Notes under the pieces: generated by a model
What the model saw: only the letters and a program-made list of their open reading frames with translations
Databases searched by the model: none
Told to the model about the DNA's origin: nothing
Shown here: one piece after another, positions 13,893-26,569 of the stretch
Layout of the letters: every line of letters starts with the position of its first letter
How positions within the stretch are numbered: the stretch's first letter is position 1
Program-made: the position numbers and the translations under genes
NCBI GenBank assembly: GCA_028023455.1
Contig: JAQFVV010000004.1
Coordinates: 18,104,001 to 18,168,000 of the forward strand
DNA: 64,000 nt
Reading direction: 5' to 3'
From: Epiperipatus broadwayi
Taxonomy: Eukaryota > Animalia > Onychophora

Positions 13893-13995
13893 TCAGTTTA
13901 GTTTGTTTGCTTTTCGATCTGATTCGAAACAGATGCTGTTAATATCCATGAGTTCTGAGAAATCATACAATCCACCAGGGAACATATAGAAATAA
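13893..13995 (-). CDS. Possible terminal coding exon of an unidentified minus-strand gene (xYFYMFPGGLYDFSELMDINSICFESDRKANKLN*)
   Basis: TTTTTATAG acceptor at 13996, 33 open codons, TGA at 13895-13893, AATAAA within ~25 nt downstream; no homolog recognised. Confidence 0.35.
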
Positions 13996-14749
13996 CTATA
14001 AAAATTTTAAATGATGATGATCAGAGTGGTATTAAAATTTCCAAAAGTATACTTTCTATTTAGGAAGTTTAGTTGATTCATTTTAAACTGAATGTAGAAA
14101 AAAAAATTAAAATTTTTTTTGGGAATAATTACACTTAACCTTAATGCTATGTTAGTAGATTATATCATCATCGTCTCATATGATTGGTTAATATTACTGA
14201 ATGTATTTGTTTAATTATTTTGACTTATTTATATTGAACATTTATATTTTGTTCTTGCATTATATTAATCATCATTATTAAACATTATTTATATTTATCT
14301 CACCTCCTCTTTAAATTCATTATATTGGCACCTAACATGGAGCCTTACATCCCTCATTTCTGCTCAACTTCACTTCTGTACAATCACATATTGTGCTAAA
14401 TATTAAAGCATTAATAAGTTGAGAATACATAGTGCAATGTAATATTATAAGCGACATGCAATATGTATGTCTAAGTATTTAGAATAAGAAATAAGATTAG
14501 CATTTATAAAAAGTATATATATTAACATTTTATTAAAATAGTACTTTGAGTCTTTGTAGGCAGGGAAAGGTTTGATAAGCAGCAGTATATTTAGATAAAT
14601 AAATATTAAGGAAAATGCATAGTGTTATACTAGTGAGAATTGCAAAGGAAGGATGATTGGTATATTTATTTAATGATAGAATATAAATAAAAATATTTAA
14701 GTTTGTTGCAAACCTGAAAAAAGAGAATTAGTAAAATAATAATAATAGA

Positions 14750-16560
14750 ATCAGCAAGAGCATAAATGACATTTAGTTACAGATATATATGATGATACAT
14801 CCAATAACAAGAAGAAGGTAAGCACAATTAAACATGGGTCAATCAGCAATACATGAGCCAGTACATCCAACAGATCCAGAGCTGAAAGAACAGGAATAGA
14901 TTCAGCCAGTGCTAAAGCCTTCAGAAGAGAAATCAGGCACATTTAATATTGAAATGCCATATGCCATTATGAAAGATATACAATGAGAAAGTGAAAAAAA
15001 AAAGCAATGATAAAAAATGTAAAGAAAACTAACAAAAAAGAATTACCAAATTTATGAAAGAAACACAAGAGAGAAATCAGAAGTGCTGCAACAAAAATTT
15101 GAAGAAAAGCTACAAAAAGAGATAATGAATGTGAAAAAAGGCAACAAAAAGGTGAGAGAATTTAAAGAAATGCATCAAGAAATAAAAAAGTTTAAGGTGG
15201 TACAAGAGACTATAAACAGTATGAGCTGGCAATTCATGACAAATACAAAAGCAAGTACAACAGAAAATGGAATGCATAGAAAGAAAATTACGTATTGATT
15301 TAGAGAAAATGGTACAAAAATTATTGAGTTCTAGTAAAAATAAATTACAGGAAAGTGTGCAAGATATAGGAGAGAAGAGGTGAAAAGAGATTAGTGATCA
15401 AATTCAAAATTCACTATACAGAGAAAAACTCCAAGAGACTTAAGAAAACCTCTAATTCTTTCACTGTTTCTTTCAAGATGAAAAAAGATACATAAAAGTG
15501 GTTTGTAGAATGGACAAAAGAATCCAAGGAGTTTATCAAAAGTGACACTATGAGGACGACAAAACCAAAAGAAAGCTATGAAAATACAACAATCATAAGT
15601 CAGAACAAAGATTATGAGGTATTTAGTTGTATTAATCAATTCCTCAAAATTCAAATTTTTAGGGATGAAGCAGAAGAGATTCACATGAAACACCTTGACA
15701 GTTGGAAAAATTATTTCCAATTAAATTAATTAATGCAGAGAGAACAAATAGCTATTGCCTATAACCAATCTCCCATTCTGGATATAGAGAAGAAATTTTG
15801 AATAACCTCTGATCAGAAGAATACCAACAAGAAATCAGATTTCAAATTATGCAGGAAAGGTTTCACATAAAAAATAGTGAAAGTTATACCCAATTCTTTT
15901 GAAGGCAAGTGTCAAAAGGCAGAAGGATAAATCATCAGGATTATAGAATATAATTTGCCTTTTAGTCAAGCAGATAATAGTTAGCACAGTTTGGAAAATT
16001 ACAGAACAAGTTTCTGAGTTTTTAAATGACTTCAATCTGAGCCTCCAAAATCAGGAAGATATAGGTAATGGTGAAGGCAAGATTATAGCAAAAAATCAAA
16101 AAAAATGATAAATGAAGCATCTATTGGATGTATTAGAGTAAAAGATGGCCAAATATTATGATCTTTAAGAAAAAAGAGAAAAAGAAGCATTGGGAGCATA
16201 TATAGAATATGCATAGTACATTGTCCTATAAGTTTTCCAAACTCAAGAAAACAAGGCATTCTGGAAAGATTACCAGAGAATTCACCATATCCAAGAAGTA
16301 GTACTGGAATAGAAAAAATAGGAATAACCCCAGAAAATGAAAAGAATGGGATGCAAACTATCAGGAAGAAATTAGCAATGACCCTGAAGATGGCAGAATA
16401 TATCTCAACCTCACCCAGATGAGGACCCCATGACCATTGCAAAAGTATCTGAATCGATGCAAGGATTGACATATGAAAAAAAAAGGATGGCTTATTTTCT
16501 GTGCCCCCAGATCTGATTAAAATGATAAATGATTTAAGGAGAAAATAAAGTATAAAATGA
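14750..16560 (+). mobile_element. Decayed gag-like ORF1 of a non-LTR retrotransposon (I/Jockey-type, tentative)
   Basis: Purine-rich plus strand with a coiled-coil-like ORF (15083-15298); near 15880-15935 reads IVKVIPNSFEGK-C-Q-K-[C]-R-R-I-N-H after one inferred frameshift, resembling a CCHC zinc knuckle; many stops. Confidence 0.45.
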
Positions 16561-19500
16561 TAAAATTTAAAATCAATGAAAACATCAAACGTGACTATTA
16601 CAACAATCCAAATTTAGATAAATTCATTACAAAATAAGAGGTTCCCAGTTTGTTAAAAAGCAAGAGTGACTTATAAAATTGATAATAGTGTACATAAATA
16701 AAAAACATATGATCAATATAATTATATTAATTTCTTCAGAGATTGAAAAAAAATTGTTGTTAAAGTTTATTTAGTTGTGTTCAACTTTTAGTGATATATG
16801 AGGATTTGGTTATGTACGTGAGACACTACGCTATTATAGCAGGAGAGTATTATAACAATTATATCATGAGCCCTACATGTATATATTAATAATAAAAACT
16901 GAAACAGCTGAGTGTTTAAAAAATAATTAATGAAACTATATCTAAATATTTTATGTAGTTCACTGGAGCACTTATGGAAAAATAAACACGAAATGTTACA
17001 GTATAATTTATTATGGTTGCTTTCACTCTCTGAGATCATGATGGGCTAAATGAACTGTCAGAGATACACTATGTAGCTTAGTTGTAGTGAAGAAGCAGGA
17101 TTCTAGCTCTGAAGATCCATCATTTGCTGTCGTGTCATTTTCGGCGCTCTAATATCTATATGACCTCCAGAACAATAAACCCATTTAATTATTTTATTTA
17201 TTAATACCAAAAATAGGCTTTCGTTCTTTAAGCCATGCATTAATTACCTTTTTTTAAAATCATTATTTATAGATTTTTAAAAAGAATAAAGGAGAAATTA
17301 TAATTAACTTAATTTCTATGATATATATTTATAAAGAATCAAATTTAAAATTAGAAATATTAAAATGTATATATATATATATTTAAAAATTCAAATGAAA
17401 AGATAACCATAATCAATCGAGTTCTTAAAAATTGCAATATCTCAAGTATTTATATATATTTTTAATAGATTTAAATCATATATAGATAATCATAATTTCC
17501 AAGTATTCATCACATAATAACAAAGTGCACATAAATATAAATACTGTACAATAATTATTTGATTTAGTATAATTATATTTAACAATACAGAGTCGTATAT
17601 TAAAAAAAGGTAGGTGAACAATAATTGTTGATGCATATTTTTTGTTTTCTGACATTTAAACTAGATTCTAGGGTATTATGGTTAAAACTCCATTATAAAC
17701 TTTGATTAATTAACTCTAGCGACTATCATAAAATAAACTTTTTTTTAAATTAACATTACTGAGAATATATTAGATGACCTCAACTCAACGTCTGGCGATC
17801 ATGAAAATGGCAATTTGCCTTTTCATTAAATTTTCAATTGAATATAAAAAGTAGTTTATGATAATTTTCTAATACATAGTTTGAATAGTAATTTGTTATT
17901 GTCACGATTAAATAATCAGATGTCATTTACAATGCAATGTTTTATAAAAATATTAATAGTAAGATATTGATAATAAGTTAAATAAAAAAATAAAAACAAA
18001 ACAAAATAGAAAAAAAAAACATTAAAAATAATATATATAGTTTCATATAAGGTGCTGTTTCAAGAGGAAAGGGAGATATAATCTCATTCCATATAGGACT
18101 TAGTACAAATAAACAAATAGTGTAGTTAATGGCTCAAGAGATCATATGAGATTCAATTATGAAAGTGAGAGATGGAGCACAATAAGTCCATTCATCTAAT
18201 CAAATAGATCTTTTTTTTTTTTGTCTTAGCTAGTAGTTGGCCCGTGCTTAAATTTAAAATCCTAACTAAACCGTATACAATAGATTACATAGTACAACGA
18301 ATAAATAAAAAAATTATAATTTATATAATTTCTCCTGAATTTGCCAAAATTTTATTAATTGCGAGCTCATGAAAAAGTTTTATGGTAATGATTATTCTAA
18401 AAGAAGATGCAAAAAAAAGAAAAAAAAAAAAAATTGAATGATTATAAAAATAATTTTTTTTTAAACTCCAAACTTGCACTTTAAAGGTAAAAAATTTTGA
18501 ACTATTAATAATTTGAATTGTCATATATGATTCTATAAATTGTATTCTATTAAAAATTTCGAGGTCAGATTTTTAGCTAAATGTTCCAGGTTCAATTTTT
18601 TTTAATTGTGAAAAAAAACTCAGATACTCCAAACATGTGACCTTTCTTGTAACAGCCAACGATAAGATTATTATTAATAATAAATTAATGAATTTTTCAT
18701 TTCATTACGTGTAAATGTTATCCCATATTTAAGTTTTTTAAATGTAATTCATGTTTATAAATGTATTTTTGAATAGAATTTAATGTTAATTATTTTTCAA
18801 ATTTAATAATAATGAGATTTTCTTTGTTAAAAAAATAATCATAGATTAAAAATAATCAGAGATCTATATTAAGTATTATGAATTTAAATTGAAATAATTT
18901 TTATATACAATATTTTCTACAATTGTTGACTTTAATTTTTAAGAAGTTTCAGGAATTTCGTTTTTCGGGATCGTGAGGGTGATTGGGGGGAGGGGGTTAC
19001 TTTTTGACTTTTAAAACTTTTTTTGTCTATATATAATTTCAAAATTCTTTTGATGTTTATTTATAAATTGATTCAATTACTTTACTTATTATGTTAATGA
19101 ATTGAAATTTATTAATTTATTGAGTGATTTTATTTTTTGTTTATATGCTATAAATATAAAAAAAGTTTACGTATATATTTTTTTTATTGAATAAGTAAAT
19201 ATAAGATTGTCAAAATTAATTTATTGAACTTTTTGTATACGCGTACATATTATTGCGTTTATTATCTTCTCCTTCATGAGGTGAGGCCTCTGCCCTATAG
19301 TGCTCTATTCAAAACTGCTAACTACTCGGTCAGTTGCAACCAAATCAAGTCAACGTCGAGATGATTATATAAATGGCACTCTGACTATTTATAAAATTTT
19401 CACAAAGTATTTGGAAATTTTTTATGATTGCCCTTTTTTTTAAATATTAATAATGTGATCGTCAAAGTTTATGGTTCATCAATAGTCATTTTTACAAGTC

Positions 19501-20401
19501 TATATGTTTTCAAAGAAACAAATTATTCGAAGTTTAAGTGTGAAGGGGTAGGGGAGTCTGCTCGAGACAAGTGGATTAAAAAATTTGGGGAAAATTTTAC
19601 TATGTTTAATTATTTTTTCTATTTCTATGTAGTTTTAAAGTAATTTTTATTTGAAGAAAACTGTTTGTAGATTTATATTTTATTCATTAAAAATCTATAA
19701 CAATAATAAAAATGAAAGTTCATATGTAAAAAAAAAAAAAAAAGAGCAAATATTGGATAAGAAAATTGAATTATAAGTGAAATGATATTCCAAACATTGG
19801 CTATATTTTTGAAAATAATTAATATCTATAATAGATATTAATGAGTAAATAAAAAAAAAGTTAAGACACTATAATATTGTTGATGAGATCAATTCCAATG
19901 AACCCCAAAAGAGCATGGGTTTTGTCTCATTTAAGAAAAAAGAGTATTCTATAATTGTCAAATATGGAGTTAAAGATTAGTTAATCTTTAAACAGAATTT
20001 ACTTTGTAAATCATATTTTTCACAGTAACATCCTTTAAATTAATAAATGTACAAATGATTATTAAACAATTTTTTATTAAGTTAGAAATTATTAGACTTC
20101 AGTTGAACACAAATATAGATTTTAATAAAGTTAAACATATCTATGTTTTTGTTCAAGAATGATAACTGCCTTTAAAAAAAAATTATTTCAACTTTTTTTT
20201 ATTCATATAATATAATCACAATGATTTTAGCATTTGGAGAATTATATAGGCTTGGCAGCAACTAAAAAGATCTGATTAGCTTAATTCCATTTTGGCAACC
20301 ATTGGCATGTTTTCTTTCAATTCTACATAACTAACTGAATATCATAAGTAAATCACATCACCATAGTCAGTGTTTAAAATAAACGAATAATATCACCAAT
20401 C

Positions 20402-20462
20402 TGTTGTCAAGGCAATACAGAATAGGATATCCATTTCTTACCTGAGTATTTTGCCTTGACAA
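20402..20462. repeat. Short inverted repeat GTTGTCAAGGCAA...TTGCCTTGACAAC (repeat family E motif)
   Basis: 13-bp inverted arms; the same TTGCCTTGACAAC motif occurs near 36280. Confidence 0.6.
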
Positions 20463-20879
20463 CAAATTAATGATATATTAATTCTTAATCAGAATGAAAT
20501 TAGCCTTCCACATGCACTGTTTAATTGTGTTATTAACTCACTGATGTTATAATGAGTATGCAGGACACTCTTAAACCCAAAAACAAGATAGAGACTTTTA
20601 AAAGATAAGAACAGCTGTTTTATCTTTGTATCTAAATGTGCATGTATTTATAATATCAATTTTTATAAAATCATTTTTTTTTATCCAGACAGTCAAAGGT
20701 CAAACTTCATTTGAGATTTCTAAAAAATAAATTTGCATTTTTCTTTCCCTGATGAAAATTTTGCAGAACCTTTTTTTACAGCTTTAAAATTCATGTATAT
20801 TTATTTTTTAATATTTTAAATACAAAAAAAAAATCAAAAGGTGGTGTGAAAATCAAATAGGTAGTCTGTCAAAGCATCT

Positions 20880-21060
20880 CAAGATCTAAGATGATGGGTA
20901 CCCATTATATATTTTTTCGGTTGTTAAAAAAAATTCCAATCTGATTGGAACCTGAAAAACTTATCTTCAATTTTATTAGACTTAAATTCAAATTCACATA
21001 ATAGTTCTCCAGAATCCATTATTTTACCATTGCACTAAACTACTCAGACAATAGAATATT
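20880..21060 (-). mobile_element. Degenerate tRNA-headed SINE-like sequence (second family)
   Basis: Minus strand TAGTGCAATGGTAAAATAATGGATTCTGGAGAAC...AATTTGAATTT resembles 30881-30950 (GCAGTGGTATAGTATCAGACTCTGGAGC); weak A/B boxes. Confidence 0.3.
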
Positions 21061-21151
21061 TATCTATATAAGTCAATTATTTTATATAGCGCGATGTTTA
21101 TAAACTGTAATATTTAAACAGCTTTAAACTGTTGCACATGCGCTTTGGATT

Positions 21152-21287
21152 TTAACTATAAAATGAATGAATACTAATACTTCAATCACATGATAAAGTC
21201 TTTGGAAAAGATAGAATTGCCATTCTATCTTCTCCAAAGACTTTATCGTGGGTTTGAAGTATTAGTATTCATTCATTTTATAGTTAA
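21152..21287. repeat. Near-perfect 136-bp palindrome (66-bp arms, 4-nt loop)
   Basis: Arms 21152-21217 and 21222-21287, 4 mismatches, loop TGCC. Confidence 0.95.
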
Positions 21288-22702
21288 TATTTATCTATGT
21301 ATAGTACAATTTAAAATCAACTACTTTTAATACAGTATGACATTATCCATCTACAAGAAACACTTTGAAATCATAAAACCTATATCAGGAGTGATTACTT
21401 CCCATATATAATGCAACTGCAATTAATGATTTAACTTGTCACTTCTACTGATCAATTCTCATATCCTTGTAGCAATTAAGTATTGATTTTTTTAATGACT
21501 AAGAAATTACTTTTAACAGTTCAAGTGTTATAACGACTTTCTTTTTCTTCTTTATATTCATAATTCTAGAGAAGCAATACTTAATGTTTTCTTAATAGAG
21601 TTTTTTTTTTAAAAAACAAAATTTTTTCTCAGTAGAATATAGACTTCCCACACGTTTGTATTGAAATATTGATATTAAGCCAATAAACACCACATGATCA
21701 CCATACATATAGAGAGTTTTGCCTGTTTAATATTGATATTATAGACAGATAAAATCTTTTAAATAACAATTCATAAAAAAAAGCCTAAATAAATGAAAAA
21801 CGCATTTTTAGTAAGATTAATGATGTCATATTTCCTATAAGTAGATATTTAATCAAGGGTAGCAACAGATTTAAATCCCAGGTAAGTAATAATTTTAAGG
21901 CAGTCTTGGACCTCATTTCATGTTTAAACTCTTTTATAGGGCATTGTCTCCACTGGTTTGACTATAGACAGTTTCACATAACTTCAGGCTTTAAATGGGC
22001 ATATGTTAAATTTAACCCTCCATAATTTTATTTTCCATTTCTTCAAAATTTTTAAAATAATCACAGTTTAACTTAACAGACAATTTTTATTAAAATTATC
22101 ATTGGTGTATATTCTCCTACACCAAACCTTAACTAGGAATCAATTATATCCAATCAAATGTATTGGCTGAACTTCTCATTTGATATTTTAAACAACAAAA
22201 TGTTCTTCAATCTTTATTCTCCCAAGCCAGCTGTCAAACTTGAACTAAAAACTAATTACTACCAAACCCTTTTCTTTTTAAAATTATTACTATGTGGTTT
22301 AAATCCATTTCACTTTTATTATCCATAAAAAAAATTAATATTCCTATTTTATTTTATAAATAGACATTCTTCAATTTCAATTTATAGATTAGTGTTGGAA
22401 TTTATATGATTCTATTAACATAAATTTTTTTCTCTTATCTAATTATACCAACAAAATTTTTAACAATGATAATATTAAATAATCCAAATAAAATAAAATA
22501 TTTTATGTTTGTGACTATAATCAACATTCACACATGTTTACTAGATTAACATAACCGAAATATTTAAAGATTTTAAATAAATTATTCCTTAATCTTATTG
22601 CACTCATATTTTATTTTTTTAATAACACAAAAACAAAAAAACGGTAAATATTACAATGCAGAATGTCTCTGAATTGATAGCTCCATTCTAGCATTATAAT
22701 AC

Positions 22703-22806
22703 ATATATAATCATTAAAAACCAATCAATACTTAGACAATCCCAATGTCAATAACAATCAACAATTTCCAAACTGTTGTCATGGCAACTTTCATTTAACA
22801 ATAATA
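22703..22806 (-). repeat. Dispersed repeat family E copy
   Basis: Reverse complement matches 35870-35970 and 36265-36356 (TTGCC.TGACAAC...ATTGTTGATTGT.ATTGA.ATTGGGATTGT...GTTTTTAATGAT). Confidence 0.8.
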
Positions 22807-22815
22807 TATATATAT

Positions 22816-23064
22816 ATTATAACGATCCAAACGAAGTGGGAGATCGCATCGCACCGCACCTCACTACCAAGGGCGCCATCTAGGCATTTGAGCCTAGAAA
22901 AATTTATAAAGTAGGCAGATACGCGCTGTTAGGATTCCACTTTATTTACATATTTAGATCGTTAGCCCATTGTCACTAGCTCCGTGGAGACGCAGAGATA
23001 ATAAAATATATAACCTTAGATATAAATTTAAAAAAATAATAAAAGTCACTGCCAGAAATTAACA
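22816..23064 (+). mobile_element. Possible solo LTR remnant inserted in a TA run
   Basis: Starts TATTATAACG (TGT-like, decayed), CpG-rich interior, AATAAA signals, ends ATTAACA; no TSD confirmed. Confidence 0.3.
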
Positions 23065-24189
23065 CAGAAAAATATTTATTTACCACATATAAAATCATTC
23101 TAAATTCGAGGAATAAGTTTAACATTTAGATTTTTATCTTAATTTTTAATTTTACATTTAAAATAGCTTGCTATAATGTTTAATATTTTATTTAGAGGGT
23201 CGGGTATGAATAGGCTACATAGATCTGCATTTGAAAAGACAATATTCTTCCCTTATTTAACCCTACGCTAAAAGTTCAAAGTCAAACTGACGCCAATCAT
23301 CCGATACATTTATGTATTCAATGTAGCATGAAAATACAACGGCACTAAATAGACTATACTGTCAGGAATGCACATCTGAACAGTATAGTGAGAAGACATT
23401 GTTGCTCTCCACCACCAGGAATGCTACTTCTGATGGCGAGTAGAACAATAAACATAAAACTCCATAGGAATGGATTGCGTCTTGCATCTTACTATCCAAT
23501 TCCATAGGCAACAGAGAGTGTGCGGCGTATATATGTAATCCTGCACGTGGTGGATCTCCTGCTACATTTACTACCTACACAAATATATCGAAACCATTGA
23601 GCCAATTCAACCACAAAACAAATAACCTAAGATTACCCTCCCTTAATATAACCTTACAAAACTATATAGCCGTTCACGCCCGACTTAAATTTATCATTTA
23701 GATATGTTCGCACAGATAACTTTTATACAATTTGTTTTAAAATGTTAAGTATAGATCGGCTGCACAGATTCCACGGTCAAAAACATCCAAATTAAACACA
23801 ATCGATCAAAATACAAAATCATCGACAATGTCAATTGCAAAAAAGGGAATACACAAAACCCATGGCACTCACCATAAGGTTCCTGCATTAACATTGTTGA
23901 CCTATATATTCTAATCGACTGTGAAAATCTCAACATCATCAACCGCTAACGAATCTATGCAACGTCTATATCCAACTTTAAATTTTATGCATTTAAAATT
24001 TAAACAATAAATAATTTATACAATTAAAATGAATGGAAATGATTTTTTATCAATAACAAACATATAAAATTAAACATCAATTGATTTTAAACTTAACGAT
24101 CAGATAGAAATTCCATTTTAACATTTAAATTGCTTGCACGAAAGTTCTTAATTATTTAAAATTTTTTAAGTTCATTGTTAACAGCTTAC

Positions 24190-24370
24190 GGAAGAAGAGT
24201 CCAGGTTCTTGTTTTTCCACGGAGTCCTTGTTTGAAACCCGGTCAGATGTTCCGGAGGTAGCATTAGCTGGTTCCTTTCGGTATCACAATCAGTTCATTT
24301 TTTAAAATAGAGAGAGAGAGTGTGTGATATTGCGTCTCTATCACCACTCTCAAAACAAACAGCTGGAACT
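24190..24370 (-). other. Candidate first exon of a minus-strand transcript
   Basis: Runs from the putative Inr to a CC|GTAAGC donor at 24189; CpG-rich; contains uORF M-N-stop (24298) and an ATG at 24264 giving MLPPEHLTGFQTRTPWKNKNLDSSS ending in phase 0 at the donor. Confidence 0.45.
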
Positions 24371-24400
24371 GCCCAATACTCAATATTTCTCCTTTTTATA
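24370..24400 (-). promoter_or_regulatory. TATA box plus initiator-like core promoter
   Basis: Minus strand TATAAAAA (24400-24393), with the A of GGCAGTT at 24370, 30 nt downstream of the first T. Confidence 0.5.
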
Positions 24401-25486
24401 TTATCCACACGGATTCAAACAACAAAACGTCACCAATCCATCACTCTCGTTAGGGTCCGAGCCAAGGCTTGGTGCTTCCATTGATCAATCTAATTTCTCT
24501 TATCTAATTTCCATCTGACCCTTTAATTACATAAGAGCCTTGAGGGCTAGCTTGTTTTTCAAATAATAAACAATCATTTCCATTTATAGATTACAGGAAT
24601 TAATTAATACCTGTTTTTATTTTAACTTATATTAAATATTTTAATATTTAACTCTTGTATTTTTTTTATCAAAAAAAAAAAATACGTTCAAATACACTTT
24701 TTTTATTTATATATAAAAAAAATATTTTTAAAGTTTAGCATCTGTGCGAATATATATATTTAACAACATTTTAATTTTAGCGTTTAGTTTTTTTATAGAT
24801 TTTTAATACATTTATTTTTATTTGCGAACTTTGTTTTTCTTTTAAATTAATGTAACGACATATTTATATATCGTTACAATATATATATATAATGAAATGA
24901 TAAATAAATAGATTTTGAATAGCCTATTGCATGCAAAGATCCTTTCAACAATCCATCATAGAAAAACAATAAAAAAGAAGGCAGTATTTTTCTGGATTTC
25001 TAATTGTTAATATAGAGAATTTGAGCTATTTTCTTTTCTTATTTAGTTGTCAAGATAAATAGCTAGATATCCATTTACCAATCAATATTGTATGACTCTA
25101 TGAGTTGGCTATGGACTGGATATCTTAAAGGAACAAAATCATAATCTTTGTTATATTGTGAAAAATTTCACTTGGATTAGATTTAAATCGCATAATTAAT
25201 CAAATCACAAAGAAGTGAGCAAACACATAATTTATAATAATCCCACACATCAAATATAATGGAAGATTCTGACCATTAACTCCACATTAGATATTTTCTT
25301 ACTTTATTCTGCAACAACAAAAAAATGTATATAATTGTTTCTGACGTCAATTGTTAGACATGTTGGCTTACAAAAGGTAAATTAAAAAATGTGATTTTGT
25401 TCAAGAGTAAAAAAGAATTCAAGCACCTTTATAAAAATGATATATATAATATAAATAAAATGTCAGCTAATTAGAACAAAATTGTA

Positions 25487-26569
25487 ATCATAATAAAAAT
25501 ACTAAAATATAACAGTAACAAACTATTATAAACAGTCTTTCAATATGTAGAAGTAATTTTGGTTAATTTCTTAAACCTACCTCAACTGCCATTAAATTAA
25601 AAAAAAAAGAGGAAGTAAACATCAATTCAAATACCATGAATCCCATATTTTAATGTTAGCAGCTTGTCTATTTATTACATGCATTTTATTCCTATTTATA
25701 AAAATTGTCTCCTTAATTTTTCTTTTATTATGGTTTCTCTCTTCATAAAGAATTTTCATACTTTCGCTACCAAATTTATATTTATATGTTTTTTCATGAT
25801 CAAAGAAAACTGAAAAATATTGAGATATTAGCTAAGGAATTGCTTGATATTGGTTATAAAATGGAACAAATAAACAATACTTTATGTCAATTTAAAAAGA
25901 GTTATCATGGTTTAAAGAAATTGAAGATTGATAGTAAACAATGGATATCTATTTCATTTATTTCAAATCCACAAGTGAAATTTTTTAAGGATATATATAA
26001 AAACATGTTTAATGTTTCATTCTATGTTCCAAACATTGTTAATAAATTAGTGAATAATTCTAAGAATATCATACCTGTCAAACAGAAAAGTAATATTGTA
26101 TATCAAATTTTTTGTGAGTGTATGTTATCATATATAGGTGAATCAAGGTGCAGTATTGAAAAAAGATTAAAGGAATATGAATTGTTATATAAGTGTGTAA
26201 AAAGTAAAAATAATAGTGATTTAATGACTGCTTCAGTTTTCTTTGATCATGAAAGGATATGTAAATAAAAATTTAAAGTTTGATATTGAAAATGTGAAGA
26301 TTCTTCATGAAGAGAGAGAATCATACTAAAAGAAAAATTAAGGAGGCAATTTTTATAAATATGAATAAAATGAATTTAATTAATAGCCAAGCTGTTAACA
26401 TTAAAATATGGTATTCATGGTATTTGAATTGATGATGTTTGTTTCTGCTTTGTTTTTTGAATTTAATGGCAGTTGAAGCAGGTTTAAGAAATTAACAAAA
26501 GTACTTCTGCAGATTAAAAGACTGTTTATGATAGTTTATTACCGTTTATTTTAGTATTTTTATTATGAT
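25487..26569 (+). mobile_element. Penelope-like element 3' fragment (PLE-1, GIY-YIG endonuclease) with inverted duplication of its 3' ~335 bp
   Basis: SNIVYQIFCECMLSYIGESRCSIEKRLKEY (GIY-YIG) in ORF 25786-26268, followed by KRKIKEAIFI; inverted repeats 25487-25814 and 26232-26569. Confidence 0.9.

Noticed and set aside
17040-17190. CpG-containing minus-strand open stretch (SGGHIDIRAPKMTRQQMMDLQS*)
   Set aside because: No clear splice signals or recognisable homology.
21844-21887. Plus-strand CAG|GTAAGT donor with a possible micro-exon
   Set aside because: Isolated signal with no convincing acceptor or partner exon.
24284-24298. ATG in frame with two TGA codons followed by an open frame to the splice donor (selenocysteine or readthrough idea)
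   Set aside because: No SECIS or homology visible; a short uORF is the simpler explanation.
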